DNA from: Squalus acanthias
Lineage: Eukaryota
DNA: 64,000 nucleotides
Assembly (NCBI GenBank): GCA_030390025.1
Contig: JASTWF010000034.1
Span: 1,984,001-2,048,000 of the forward strand
Direction: 5' to 3'
Shown here one piece after another: positions 22,745 through 33,917 of the stretch. Position numbers and translations under genes: made by a program. Positions within the stretch are counted from its first letter, which is position 1; every line of letters begins with the position of its first letter. The notes under the pieces are model-generated. The model did no database searches, was not told the origin of the DNA, and saw only the letters and a program-made list of their open reading frames with translations.

Positions 22745-25500
22745 TGGAACAGGGTAGAGGGAGCTTTACTCTGTATCTAAACCGTGCTGTATCTGCCCTG
22801 GGAGTGTTTGATGGGTCTTTGTAGAGGGAGCTTTACTCTGTATCTAACCCGTGCTGTACCTGCCCTGGGAATATTTGATGGGTCTTTGTAGAGGGAGCTT
22901 TACTCTGTATCTAACCCGTGCTGTACCTGCCCTGGGAATATTTGAAGGGTCTTTGTAGAGGGAGCTTTGGCTGTATCTAACCCGTGCTGTATCTTCCTGG
23001 GAATATTTGAAGGGACAGTGTAGAGGAAGCTTTACATTGCATCAATCCCTGTGCTGTACCTGCCCTGCGAGCGTTCGATAGGTCTTTATAGAGGGAGCTT
23101 TACTCTGTACCTAACACGTGCACTACCTGCCCTGCGAGGATGTAATGCGACAGTGATGAGGGAGCTTTCCTCTTTCAAAACAGTGCTGTACCTGCCCTGG
23201 AAGTGTTTGATGGGACGGTGTAGAGGGAGCTTTACTGTATATCTAACCCCGTGCTGTACCTGCCATGGGGCTGATTGATGGGACAGTGTAGTGGGAGCTT
23301 TACTCTGTATCTAACCCCGTGCACTACCTGCCCTGCGAGTGTTTGATGGGGCAGTGTGGAGGGAGCTTTACTCTGTATCTAACCCCGTGCACTACCTGCC
23401 CTGCGAGTGTTTGATGGGACAGTGTAGAGGGAGCTTTATTCTTTACATAACCCGTGCACTACCTGCCCTGCGAGTGTTTGATGGGACAGTGTAGAGGGAG
23501 CTTTATTCTTTAGATAACCCGTGCACTACCTGCCCTGCGAGTGTTCGATGGGACAGTGTAGAGGGAGCTTTACTCTGTATCTAACCCCGTGAACTACCTG
23601 CCCTGCGAGTGTTTGATGGGGCAGTGTAGAGAGAGCTTTACTCTGGATCTTACCTGTGCTGTACCTAAACTGGGAGTGTTTGATGGGACAGTGTAGAGGG
23701 AACTTTACTCTGTAACTAACTTGTGCTCTACCTGCCCTGGGAGTGTTTGATGCAACAGTGTAGAGGGAGCTTCATTCCATATCTAATCCATGCTGTACCT
23801 AAACTGGGAGTGTTTGATGGGACAGTGTAGAGGGAGCTCTACTCTATATCTAACCATTGTTGTATCTGCCCTTGGTGTGTTTGATGGCACAATGTATAGT
23901 GAGCTATACTCTGTATCTAACCCGTGCAGTACCTGGCCTGGGAGTGTTTGTTGGAACAGGATAGAGGTGTCTTTACGCTGTATCTAACCTGTGCTGTTCC
24001 AGACGTGGGAATGTTTGATGTGATAGTATACAGGGAGCTTTACTCAGTAACTAACCCATGCACTAACTGCCCTGCGAGTGTTTGATGGGACAGTGCATTG
24101 GGAGCTTTACTCTATATCTAACCATTGCTGTACCTGCCCTGGGCGTGTTTGATGGGATTCTGTAGAGGGATCTTTACTCTGCATCAACCCGTGCTGTAAC
24201 TGGCCTGAGAGTGTTTGATGCAACAGTGTAGAGGCAACCTTACTCTGTATCTTACCTGTGCTGTACCTGACCTGAGAGTGTTTGAAGGGATAGTATAGAG
24301 GGAGCTTTATTCGGTATTTAACCCGGGCTGTACTTGCCTGGGACAGTTAGATGGGACAGAGTAGAGAAAGCTTTACTCTGTATCTTCCCCTGTCCTGTAG
24401 CTGCCCTGGGAGTGTGTGATGGGTCCGTTCAGAATGAGATTTACTCTGCAGCTAAACTGTGATATACCTGCCCTGGAAGGTATTGAAACGACAGTGTAGA
24501 GGGAGCTTTACTCGGTATCTAACCCGTGCTGTATCTGCCCTGGGATTCATTGATGGGAAAGTGTAGAGGCAGATTTACTCTGTATCTTACTTGTACTGTA
24601 CCTGACATGTGAGTGTTTGATGGGACAGTGTCGCGAGAGCTTTACTTTGTATCTAACCCGTGCTGTACCTGCCCTGGAAATGTTTGATGGGACACTGTAG
24701 AGGGATCTTTAATCTGTATCTGAACCGTACTGTTCCTGCCCTGGGAGTGTTTGATGGTCATGATGCGGAGATGCCGGTGTTGGACTGGGGTGGACAAAAT
24801 TGAGAGGTCGCACAACATCAGGTTATAGTCCAACAGTTTTATTTTAAATCACAAGCTTTCGGACGAAGGAGTTGTAACTCCGAAAGCTTGTGATTTAAAA
24901 TAAAACTGTTGGACTATAACCTGGTGTTGTGCGACCTCTCAGTGTTTGATGGGACAGTGTAGAGGGAGCTTTACTCTGCATCTAACTCGTGCTGCAGCTG
25001 CCTGGGTATGCTTGTTGGGACAGTGTAGAGAGAGCTTTACTCTGTATGTAAACCGTGCTGTACATGACCTGGGATGGTTTGATGGCATAATGTGGAGGGA
25101 GCATTACTCTGTATCTAACCCGTACTCAACCTGCCCTGGGAGTGTGTTTGGACAGTGTAGAGGAAGCTTTACTCTGTATCTAAACCTTGCTGTACCTGCC
25201 CTGGGAGTGTTTGATGGGATTGTGTAGAGGGAGCTTTACTCTGTATCTGAACCTTGCTGTACCTGCCGTGGGAGTGTTTGATGGGATTGTGTAGAGGGAT
25301 CTTTACTCTGTATCTAAACCTTGCTGTACCTGCCCTGGGAGTGCTAAAACGGGCAGTGTATTTGCACTTTACTCTATATCTAACCCATGCTGTACCTAAC
25401 CTGCGAGTATTTGATGGGACAGTGCAGAGGGATCTTTACTAAGTATCTAACAAATGCTGTACCTTCACTGGGACTGTTTGATGGGACAGTGTAGTGGGAG
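22745..25500. repeat. 67-bp satellite array, about 38 copies
   Basis: Unit gtagagggagctttactctgtatctaacccgtgctgtacctgccctgggagtgtttgatgggacagt; period 67 (22821 to 22888). Confidence 0.97.
24758..24940. mobile_element. Palindromic non-autonomous Penelope-type terminal-repeat insertion with 12-bp TSD
   Basis: 63-bp inverted arms 24801-24863 and 24879-24941 (1 mismatch); TSD agtgtttgatgg at 24746-24757 and 24941-24952; empty site in the other arm at about 61437-61448. Confidence 0.8.
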
Positions 25501-25829
25501 CCTCATAACTCTTTATAACGTTAGAATCATTAATAATCATTTACAAAAGGTGTATAACGGGTTATTAATGATTATAATGATTTATAAAGGGTCATGTCAC
25601 TTTATCATATTTTGCATCACTTTGTACCCCATTCAAATCCCTTTATAATCCTTTGTCAATCATTATAACTCTTTATAAGCCTTTGTCGATCATTACAACC
25701 CTTTATATTCCTTAACAATTCATCATAACACTTTATCTTCCATTATCAAACTTTATATATCATAATACTTTATATTCATTTATAATAATTTATAACCCAG
25801 CATAATCCTTTATAACCCTTTATAAAGCG

Positions 25830-26900
25830 TCAGGATACAGCGTAGGGATAATGGGTAGGTACTCAAATTGGCAGGATGTGACTCCTGGTGTCCGGCAGGG
25901 CTGTGTTTTGGAGCCTCAGCTATTCACAATATTTATTAATGACTTAGGTGATGTCATAGAAAGTCATATACCCAAATGTGCCGATGACACAAAGATAGGC
26001 AGCATTGTAGGCAGTGCAGGTGAAACCATAAAATTACAAAGGGATATTGACAGAGTAAGGGAATGGGCAAAACTATGGCAAATGGATTTCAATGTAAGCA
26101 AATGTGAGGTCATTCACTTTGGACCCTAAAAGGATAGAACCGGTTACTTTCTAAATGGTGAAAAGCTAAAAAGAGTGGATGTCCAAAGAGACTTGGGGGG
26201 GGGGGTCCAGGTACATAGATCATTAAAATGTCATGGACAGGTGCAGAAAATAATCAAAAAGGCTAATGGAAAGCTGGTCTTTATATCTAAAGGACTAGAT
26301 TACAAGAGGGTAGAATTTATTCTGCAGTTATACAAAACCCTGGTTAGACCACACCTGGAGTACTGTGAGCAGTTCTGGGCACCACACCTTCGGAAGGATA
26401 TATTGGCCTTGGAGGGAGTGCAGCGCAGGTTTACCAGAATGATACCCAGACTTCAAGGATTAAGTTACGAGGAGAAATTACACAAATTAGGGTTCTATTC
26501 CCTAGAATTTAGAAGGTTAAGGGGTGATCTGAGCGAAGTTTTCAGGATATTAAGGGGAACAGATAGAGTAGATAGTGAGAAACTATTTCCGTTGGTCGGG
26601 ATACTAGGACTTGAGGCACAGTCTAAGAATTAGAGGCAGTCCTTTCAGGAGTGAAATTAGGAAACACTTCGACACACAATGTGGTAGAAATTTGGAACTC
26701 TCTTCCACAAACGGAAGTGGATGCTAGATAAATTGTAAATTTTAAATCGGAGATTTATTGCTTTTTGTTAACCAAAGGTATGAAGGGATATGGGCCAAAG
26801 GTGGGTTTATGGAGTTAGATAGCAGATCAGTCAATGATCGCATTGAATGGGGCAACAGGCTCGAGGGGCTGAATGGCCGACTCCTCTTCCTATGTTCCTC
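25830..26900 (+). mobile_element. CR1 LINE 3' portion
   Basis: GVRQGCVLEPQLFTIFINDL, CADDTKIG and RPHLEYCEQFWAP. Confidence 0.93.
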
Positions 26901-26999
26901 AGTGTAGGATCCGTTGACTTGTTAGCCCTCCCCAAATGCATCACCTCACACTTCTCCGGATTGAATTCCATTTGCTACAATCTCCCTGCATGTAGCATG

Positions 27000-27680
27000 A
27001 GTTATACACAGAGTAAAGCTCCCTTTACACTGTCCAATCAAGTAGTCCAAGGGCAGGTATAGCACCGGTTAGATCGAGAGATACAGAGTAAAGCTCCATT
27101 TACACTGTCCAATCAAATAGTCCAAGGGCAGGTACAGCACGGGTTAGATCGAGAGATACAGAGTAAAGCTCCCTTTACACTGTCCAATCAAATAGTCCAA
27201 GGGCAGGTATAGCACCGGTTAGATAGAGAGACACAATGCAAAGCTCCCTTTACACTGCACAATCAAATAATCCAAGGGCAGGTATAGCACGGGGGAGATA
27301 GAGACATACAGAGTAAAGCTCCCTTTACACTGCCCAATCAAACAGTCCAAGGGCAGGTACAGCACGGGTTAGATAGAGATACATAGAATAAAGCTCCGTT
27401 TACAATGTCCAATCAAAACAGTCCAAGGGCACGAACAGCACGGGTTAGATAGAGAGATACAGACTAAACCTTCCTCTGCACTGCCCACTCAAACACTCGC
27501 TGAGCAGGTACAGCGCGGGTGACATGCAAAGCTTTCTCTAATGCAGGATGTGTAGCTTACAGCTCCCTTGACACTACCCAATGAAGCACAACCAGCTCGG
27601 GTACAGCATGGGTTGAATACAGAATAAAGATCTCACTACATGTAAGTGTCAAACACTCCCGGGTGAGGTACAGGCAAGGT
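27000..27680. repeat. 75-bp variant of the 67-bp satellite, in opposite orientation to 22745-25500
   Basis: Extra 8 nt (cgagagat/agagagat) per unit; period 75 (27051 to 27126). Confidence 0.92.
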
Positions 27681-27775
27681 TTATCTCCGAGTTAAGCTCC
27701 GCTCAACTTGCCACATCAAAGGCCGAGCCTGACGGCAGATGTTGAACAGCTCCCAGTATCTGGTTAGACTCTCAC

Positions 27776-28330
27776 CTCAGCAATATCCTGGACTGACGGG
27801 ATTCTCAGTAAAGTTCCTCTCCTTTCCAATCATTGTTGAAGCTTCCCGTTTTATCCCGTCTCCGACACTGGGGTTCTCGATCCCACCAGATCTGCTCTGT
27901 GAACCCAGCTATATTTCTCCAGTCCCAGTCAGTGAGGCGATGATTCGACTTCTCTCTCTCCACCTTCCTGAGATATTGCTCACTCCCAGAGACTGTCAAT
28001 AGAAAAAGGATTCATATTAATCCCAGAATACAGGGGGAGCATTTTTGTGACCATAATTATATTCAATTTGATTATTTTTGCAATTAATCAGTGTGTTTAA
28101 ATTACTTACTTTAATATTAAATTGTTCCTTTCAGCCCTTTGCCCTGTTTATTGGGACTAAACTCACCCCCAGTGTCAGCTGTCACTCCAGCTCCTCCCAC
28201 ACTGACATCCCACTGATGGGCTGTAACCAGGGGCAGGGCCCTGTCTCCAGGTGACATCACACAGCAGCCAGGAACGATGTCACAAAGCGGCCGGAGCCCC
28301 TCCCACTCGAGGTGTCACAGGGTCACATTG
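27776..28330 (-). other. Putative non-coding 5' exon module (copy 2): exon A ends 28167, exon B 27992-27776
   Basis: GTGAGT at 28161-28166, acceptor at 27993-27994 and GTGAGA at 27770-27775 are all conserved. Confidence 0.5.
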
Positions 28331-28649
28331 ACCAGGCTCTGCTCCTGGTGTGCAGTCTCACTGGGCATGAACACAGGGTGTACAATCAGCCCCGTCTCCG
28401 GGAATGAACCGGGATCCTGCCCTACATCTCTCCCGAGTTTTATTTCCATCGGTGTAAAATGGGTGGCTGTTTCACAATTACCCAGTTTGTACTATAGCAC
28501 CTACTAAACGTCAAACACCACCCCAGAATTTATTTCCTTCTCTACGTATCTGCTCCCTCACTGTCTCTGCCTCTCTCTCTCTCTCCACAGAGAGGGATGC
28601 GTCTGGGGCTGGGATCATACTGTGCGGAAAGGATCAGAATATCAGTTAG

Positions 28650-29728
28650 CCTCTCTTCCTGCTCCTGCATCGTTACCTCTGGTGTCCCCCAAGGATCTCT
28701 CCTTGCCCCCCTCCTATTTCTCATCTACATGTTGCCCCTTGGTGACAGAATCCAGAAACACAGTCAGTTTCCATCTGTACGCTGACGACACCAAGCTCTC
28801 CCTCACTACCTCTTCTCTCGACCCCTCCACGGTGTCTAAATTGTCAGACTGCTTGACCGACATGAGCAAAAGTTTCTCCAAATAAATATTGGGAAGACCG
28901 AAGCCACTGTTTTCGACCCTGCCACAAACACCGTTCCCGAGCCACAGACTCAATCCCTCTCCCTAACATCTGTCTGAGGCTGAACCACACTGTTCGCAAC
29001 ATTGGTGTCATATTTGACGCTGAAGTGAGCCTCCGACCACATATCCGCAGCATAACAAAGGCCGCCTAATTCCACCTCCGTAACATCGCCCGTCTCCGCC
29101 CTTGCCTCAGCTCATCCGCTGCTGAAACCCTCATCCATGCCTTTGTTACTTCTAGACTTGACTATTCCAACGCACTCCTGGCTGGCCTCCCACATTCCAC
29201 CCTATGTAAACTTGAGGTCATCCAAAGCTCGGCTGCCCGTGTCCTAACTCGTACCAAGTCCCGTTCACCCATCTCCCCTGTGCTCTCTGACCTACACTGG
29301 CTCCCGGTTAAGCAGCACCTCGATTTCAAAATTCTCATCCTTGTTTTCAAATCCCTCCATGGCCTCGCCCCTTCCAATCTCTAATCTCCTTCAGCCCCAC
29401 AACCCCCCGAGATATCTGCGCTCCTCTAATTCTGCCCTCTTGAGCATCCCTGATTATAATCGCTCAACATTTGGTGGCCGTGCCTTCTGTTGCCTGGGCC
29501 CTAAGTTCTGGAATTCCCAGCCTAAACCTCTCCGCCTCGCTACCTCTCTTTCCTCCTTGAAGACGCTCATTAAAACCTTCCACTTTGACCAAGCTTTTAG
29601 TCACCTGTCCGAATTTATCCTTCTGTGGCTCAATGTCAAAATTGTTTGTCTGAAAATACTCCTGTGAAGCGCCTTGGGACGTTTTACTACGTTAAAGGCG
29701 CTATTTAAATACAAGTTATTGTTGTTGT
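28650..29728 (+). mobile_element. L2 LINE (RT and tail)
   Basis: VTSGVPQGSLLAPLLFLIYMLPLG, HLYADDT, FGGRAF and gttgttgttg tail. Confidence 0.93.
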
Positions 29729-29850
29729 ACATCTCTGGCTCTATAGAATCATAGAATGGTTACAGCACAGAAGGAGGCCTTACGGCCCATCGAGCACGTG
29801 CCGGCTCCCTGCAAGAGCACTTCAGCAAGTCCCACTTATCCAAACCCCAT

Positions 29851-30903
29851 TTGATATACTCCACACCCCTCACTGTAACACTGATAATCCCCGCACCCCT
29901 CACAGTAACACTGATATACCCCACACCCCTCACTGTAACACTGATATACTCCACACCCCTCACTGTAACACTGATATACCTCACACCCCTCACTGTAACA
30001 CTGATATACCACACACCCCTCACTGTAACACTGATAATCCCCGCACCCCTCACTGTAACACTGATAATCCCCGCACCCCTCACTGTAACACTGATAATCC
30101 CCGCACCCCTCACTGTAACACTGATATACCCCACACCCCTCACTGTAACACTGATATACCCCACACCCCTCACTGTAACACTGATTTACCCTACACGCCT
30201 CACTGTAACACTGATATACCCCACAACCCTCAATGTAACACTGATATACCCCACACCCCTCACTGTAACACTGATATACCCCACACCTCTCACTGTAACA
30301 CTGATATACCCCACAACCCTCACTGTAACACTGATATACCCCTCAACCCTCACTGTAACACTGATATACCCCACACCCCTCACGCACACTGATATATCCC
30401 ACACCCCTCACTGTTACACTGAAATACCCCACACCCCTCACTGTAACACTGATATACCTCACACCCCTCAATGTAACACTGATATACCCCACACCCCTCA
30501 CTGTAACACTGATATACCCCACACCCCTCACTGCAACACTGATATACCCCACACCCCTCACTGTAACACTGATATACCCCACACCCTTCACTGTAACACT
30601 GATATACCCCACACGCCTCACTGTTACACTGAAATACACCACACCCCTCACTGTAACACTGATATACCCCACACCCCTCACTGTAACACTGATATACCCC
30701 ACACGCCTCACTGTTACACTGATATACCCCACACCCGTCACGGTAACACTGATATACACCACACCCCTCACTTTAACACTGATATACCTGACTCCCCTCA
30801 ATTTAACACTGTGCTATACCTCACACACCTCACTATAACACACGGAAATACCCCACACCTCTCACTGTAACACACATATATCCCACAGGCCTCACAGTAA
30901 CAC
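29851..30903. repeat. 30-bp minisatellite, about 35 copies
   Basis: Unit ctgatataccccacacccctcactgtaaca. Confidence 0.97.
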
Positions 30904-30910
30904 TATGATT

Positions 30911-31001
30911 CAGTGGGGAGGTGAGCTGCTGGTTTAGTGGGGAGGTGAGCTGCTGGTTTAGTGGGGAGCTGAGCTGCTGGTTTAGTGGGGAGGTGAGCTG
31001 T
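30911..31001. repeat. 24-bp minisatellite, about 4 copies
   Basis: Unit gtggggaggtgagctgctggttta. Confidence 0.9.
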
Positions 31002-31374
31002 TATCATTCGTTGTTCTTGCCCATTAATCTCTATCAGTTTGTTCTTTAGTCTCCCACACAGGAGTGTTACTTACCTGCTTATGTAACCTTCAAACCCTCA
31101 CAGCTTCCAATGTCTTTTACAAAAGGGACTGATTCTCTGGCCACACTCCCCAGCAGTTCTCCAGACACCCTGCTGGCATTAAATTCAATCTTCACACTCA
31201 CCCATGCTCGGCAGCAGATGTGCGTCTTTCTGGGCTGTATTCTAAGCTAACGTAATCCCTGGTTATTCAAGCTTAATATTGATATTATTCCATATGTCAA
31301 CCAGTGTATTATATTTAATAATCTATGCATACCAATACTTACAACAACTTTTAAAAGGTCAGCTTTCAGAGTGT

Positions 31375-32012
31375 ATTCGCTTGCCTTTCACCAGACTGGA
31401 TGACCTTGTGAAACCCCCCGCACACATGGAGCAGGTGAACGGATTCTCTCCAGTGTGAACATGCTGGTGTTGAATGAGGTGGGATAAGTGAATCTCTTCC
31501 CACAGGGGAAGCAACTGAACAGTCTCTCGTCAGTGTGAACTCGCTGGTGTTTCAGCAGGATGCATGACCGATTGAATCCCTTCCCACATACGGAGCGGGT
31601 AAACAGTCTCTCCCCTGTGTGTCTGCACCGATGAATTTGCATCTCAGATGGATAATTGAATCCCTTCTCACAGTCCCCACATTCCCACGGTTTCTCCATG
31701 GTCCACCGGTCTCTCCAGGTGGGACGATCGGCTGAAGCCTCGTCCACACACAGAACACGTGTACGGTTTCTCCCCGCTGTGAATTGTGCAAAGTTTTTTC
31801 AGGCTGTGTAACTGGTTACAGCTCTTTCCACAGTCAGTGCACTGGAACACTCTCGCTCAAGTGTGAATGGGTCTCACTGCTTTCCCAGTCACATGATGTG
31901 TAAAATCCTTTCCCAAACACAAGAACAGAGAAAGATGAATCGAGTGACTCTCAGATCTTGGCGTGATGTTTGTTTTGAGTTTCTTGTCTGCAAATCCTCC
32001 CCTTCTAATACC
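31375..32012 (-). pseudogene. C2H2 (Kruppel-type) zinc-finger pseudogene exon
   Basis: FQCTDCGK..HSGEKPYTCSVCGRGF and [26 protein letters not shown] in different frames; substituted Cys/His; acceptor ttttttcAG before 32012. Confidence 0.88.
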
Positions 32013-32239
32013 CTGAAAAAGAAGATTACAAAAGTCATCACGAAGTACAGGACATAAATTCAGAACAGACAATTCTACATTCTCTGGAACAATCTTTCCT
32101 CTCTTGTTTCCCCCAAAAGCTGTAAATTCCTGTCCCACACACTCTCCCTCTCCCTGTGCTGAAATCCTTACCCATTGCACCATATTTTTGCCCCAACCCA
32201 CTCTCTCCCGTCCTCTGCTCTCCAGTTCTGCAGTCCCTG

Positions 32240-32750
32240 TGTGCGAGGAGTTTGATGGAATACTCTCCACTTGTCTGGATGAGTACAGCTCCAACAACAC
32301 TCAAGAAGCTCGACGCCATCCAGAACAAAGCAGCCCGCTTGATTGGCACCCCATCCACCACATGAAACATTCACTCCCTCCACCACCGGCGCACCGTGGC
32401 TGCAGTGTGTACCATCTACAAGATGCACTGCAGCAACTCGCCAGGTCGTGATCGGTAGCACCTCCCAAACCCGCGACCTCATCTACAGAGAAGAACAAGG
32501 GCAGCATGCTAATGAGAACACCACCACCTCCAAGTTCCCCTCCAAGTCACACACCACCCTGACTTAGAAGTTTATCGCCGATCCTTCATCATCGCTGGGT
32601 CAAAATCCAGGAACTCCCTAACTAACAGCAATGTGGGAGTACCTTCACCACACGGACTGCAGCGGTTTAAGAAGGCAGCTCACCACCACCTTTTCAAGGG
32701 CAATTAGGGATGGGTAATAAATTCTGGCCTTGCCAGCGACGCCCACATCG
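32240..32750 (+). mobile_element. 3' end of CR1/L2-group LINE (same family as 8035-9690)
   Basis: MEYSPLVWMS..KKLDAIQNKAARLI and HSLHHRR text. Confidence 0.85.
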
Positions 32751-32789
32751 CAGAAACTAATATAAAAAACAGCTTCTGCTGCACCTGCT

Positions 32790-33460
32790 CTGTTCGTGGG
32801 CGGCGCATGCGCCCTGATCCCGCCCTGTCCAAGATGGCGGCGCGGGGACAAGTCCTGCCTTCCTTCACTAAGATGGCGGCCGGTTGCCGGGGTAACCCGG
32901 GCCTGTCGCCGCGGAGAAATCCACTCGCAAACGGGCGGACAATCACCCGCTCAACCCGGCGGCCGGGCCTGGCGCCACGGCGCAAATACGGCACCCGCGG
33001 CGTCTTATTCGGGGCCTGAGCCCTACGTCCGGTGTTTTTGAAGCTCCCCAGCCCCGCCGCGGCGCCTATTCCTCCCCGGCCCCCACAATGTCTTCCCACC
33101 TCTCGAGCCGCCTTTTCGGCCATTAGTACAACAGAAAATGACCTGAATGATGAAAGGTCATCGACCTGAAACGTTAACTCTCTTTCTCTCTCCACGGATG
33201 CTGCCTGGCCTGCTGAGTTTTTCCAGCGTTTTCTGTTGTTATTTCGGATTTCCAGCATCCGCAGTATTTTGCTATCGAAAATGACCTGAACCGTTCGCTC
33301 TGTTTCTCTCTGCCCGCCGCTTTTATTGTTGTAAGCTATTACTCTTGACGTCACCACGCATACTGCGCATGCTCAGAGCACGCCGCGGTCCCGCGCCTGC
33401 GCACTGGAATCCTGCAGTCATTGATAGGGCACTTTCTGTCGCGCGGGCGATCCTGGGTAA
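32790..33460. promoter_or_regulatory. CpG-island promoter with YY1, NRF1 and CRE motifs
   Basis: CpG-dense; AAGATGGCGGC at 32831-32841 and 32870-32880; GCGCATGCGC at 32803-32812; GCGCCTGCGCA at 33393-33403; TGACGTCA at 33346-33353. Confidence 0.75.
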
Positions 33461-33626
33461 ACACACCGCCATTGAAAGTTCCAATTGGTGAAGAGATCAT
33501 TCACATTTTCAGATTGGGCCTTTGTTCACTACCTGTAGTGGGGTGACATTAAGTTGCCCCATTTTCACTAGACGTGGATATAAACCAATAAGGCAAGTGT
33601 CCCAACACACCACAAATATCCAGTAA

Positions 33627-33664
33627 CAGTTCTGACGAAGGGCCCTGGACCCGAAACGTTGACT
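33627..33664 (+). ncRNA. Minimal type I hammerhead ribozyme motif in a Penelope-derived short repeat
   Basis: agtt-CTGACGA-agggcc ctg gaccc-GAAACGTT-gact: core, stem II, palindromic ACGT stem III and stem I all present. Confidence 0.6.
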
Positions 33665-33917
33665 CTGTTTCTCTCTCCTCGATGCTGCCTGACCTGCTGA
33701 GTGTTTCCAACATGTTCTGTTGTTATTCCTGTAATAAGTATGTACAATACAGCCACACACACAAACAATAATTAAATCACAATGTGACAGTGTGGATTGA
33801 TTATCACCTCACTGAGCTGCGGTGCCCACCGGCCACTTCAGGTAATGATAAAGAGGCTGCAACCTCTCACACTGAAAATACATATGGATCATGGACTCCT
33901 CAAGGCTGTAAAAACAC

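Noticed and set aside
29851..30870. 339-aa ORF and its antisense ORFs
   Set aside because: Translation of a 30-bp minisatellite; no ATG start; copy number differs between arms
32704..33357. 217-aa Arg/Gly-rich ORF across the CpG island
   Set aside because: GC-rich stop-poor DNA spanning a Penelope-derived repeat and a LINE end; not conserved in the other arm
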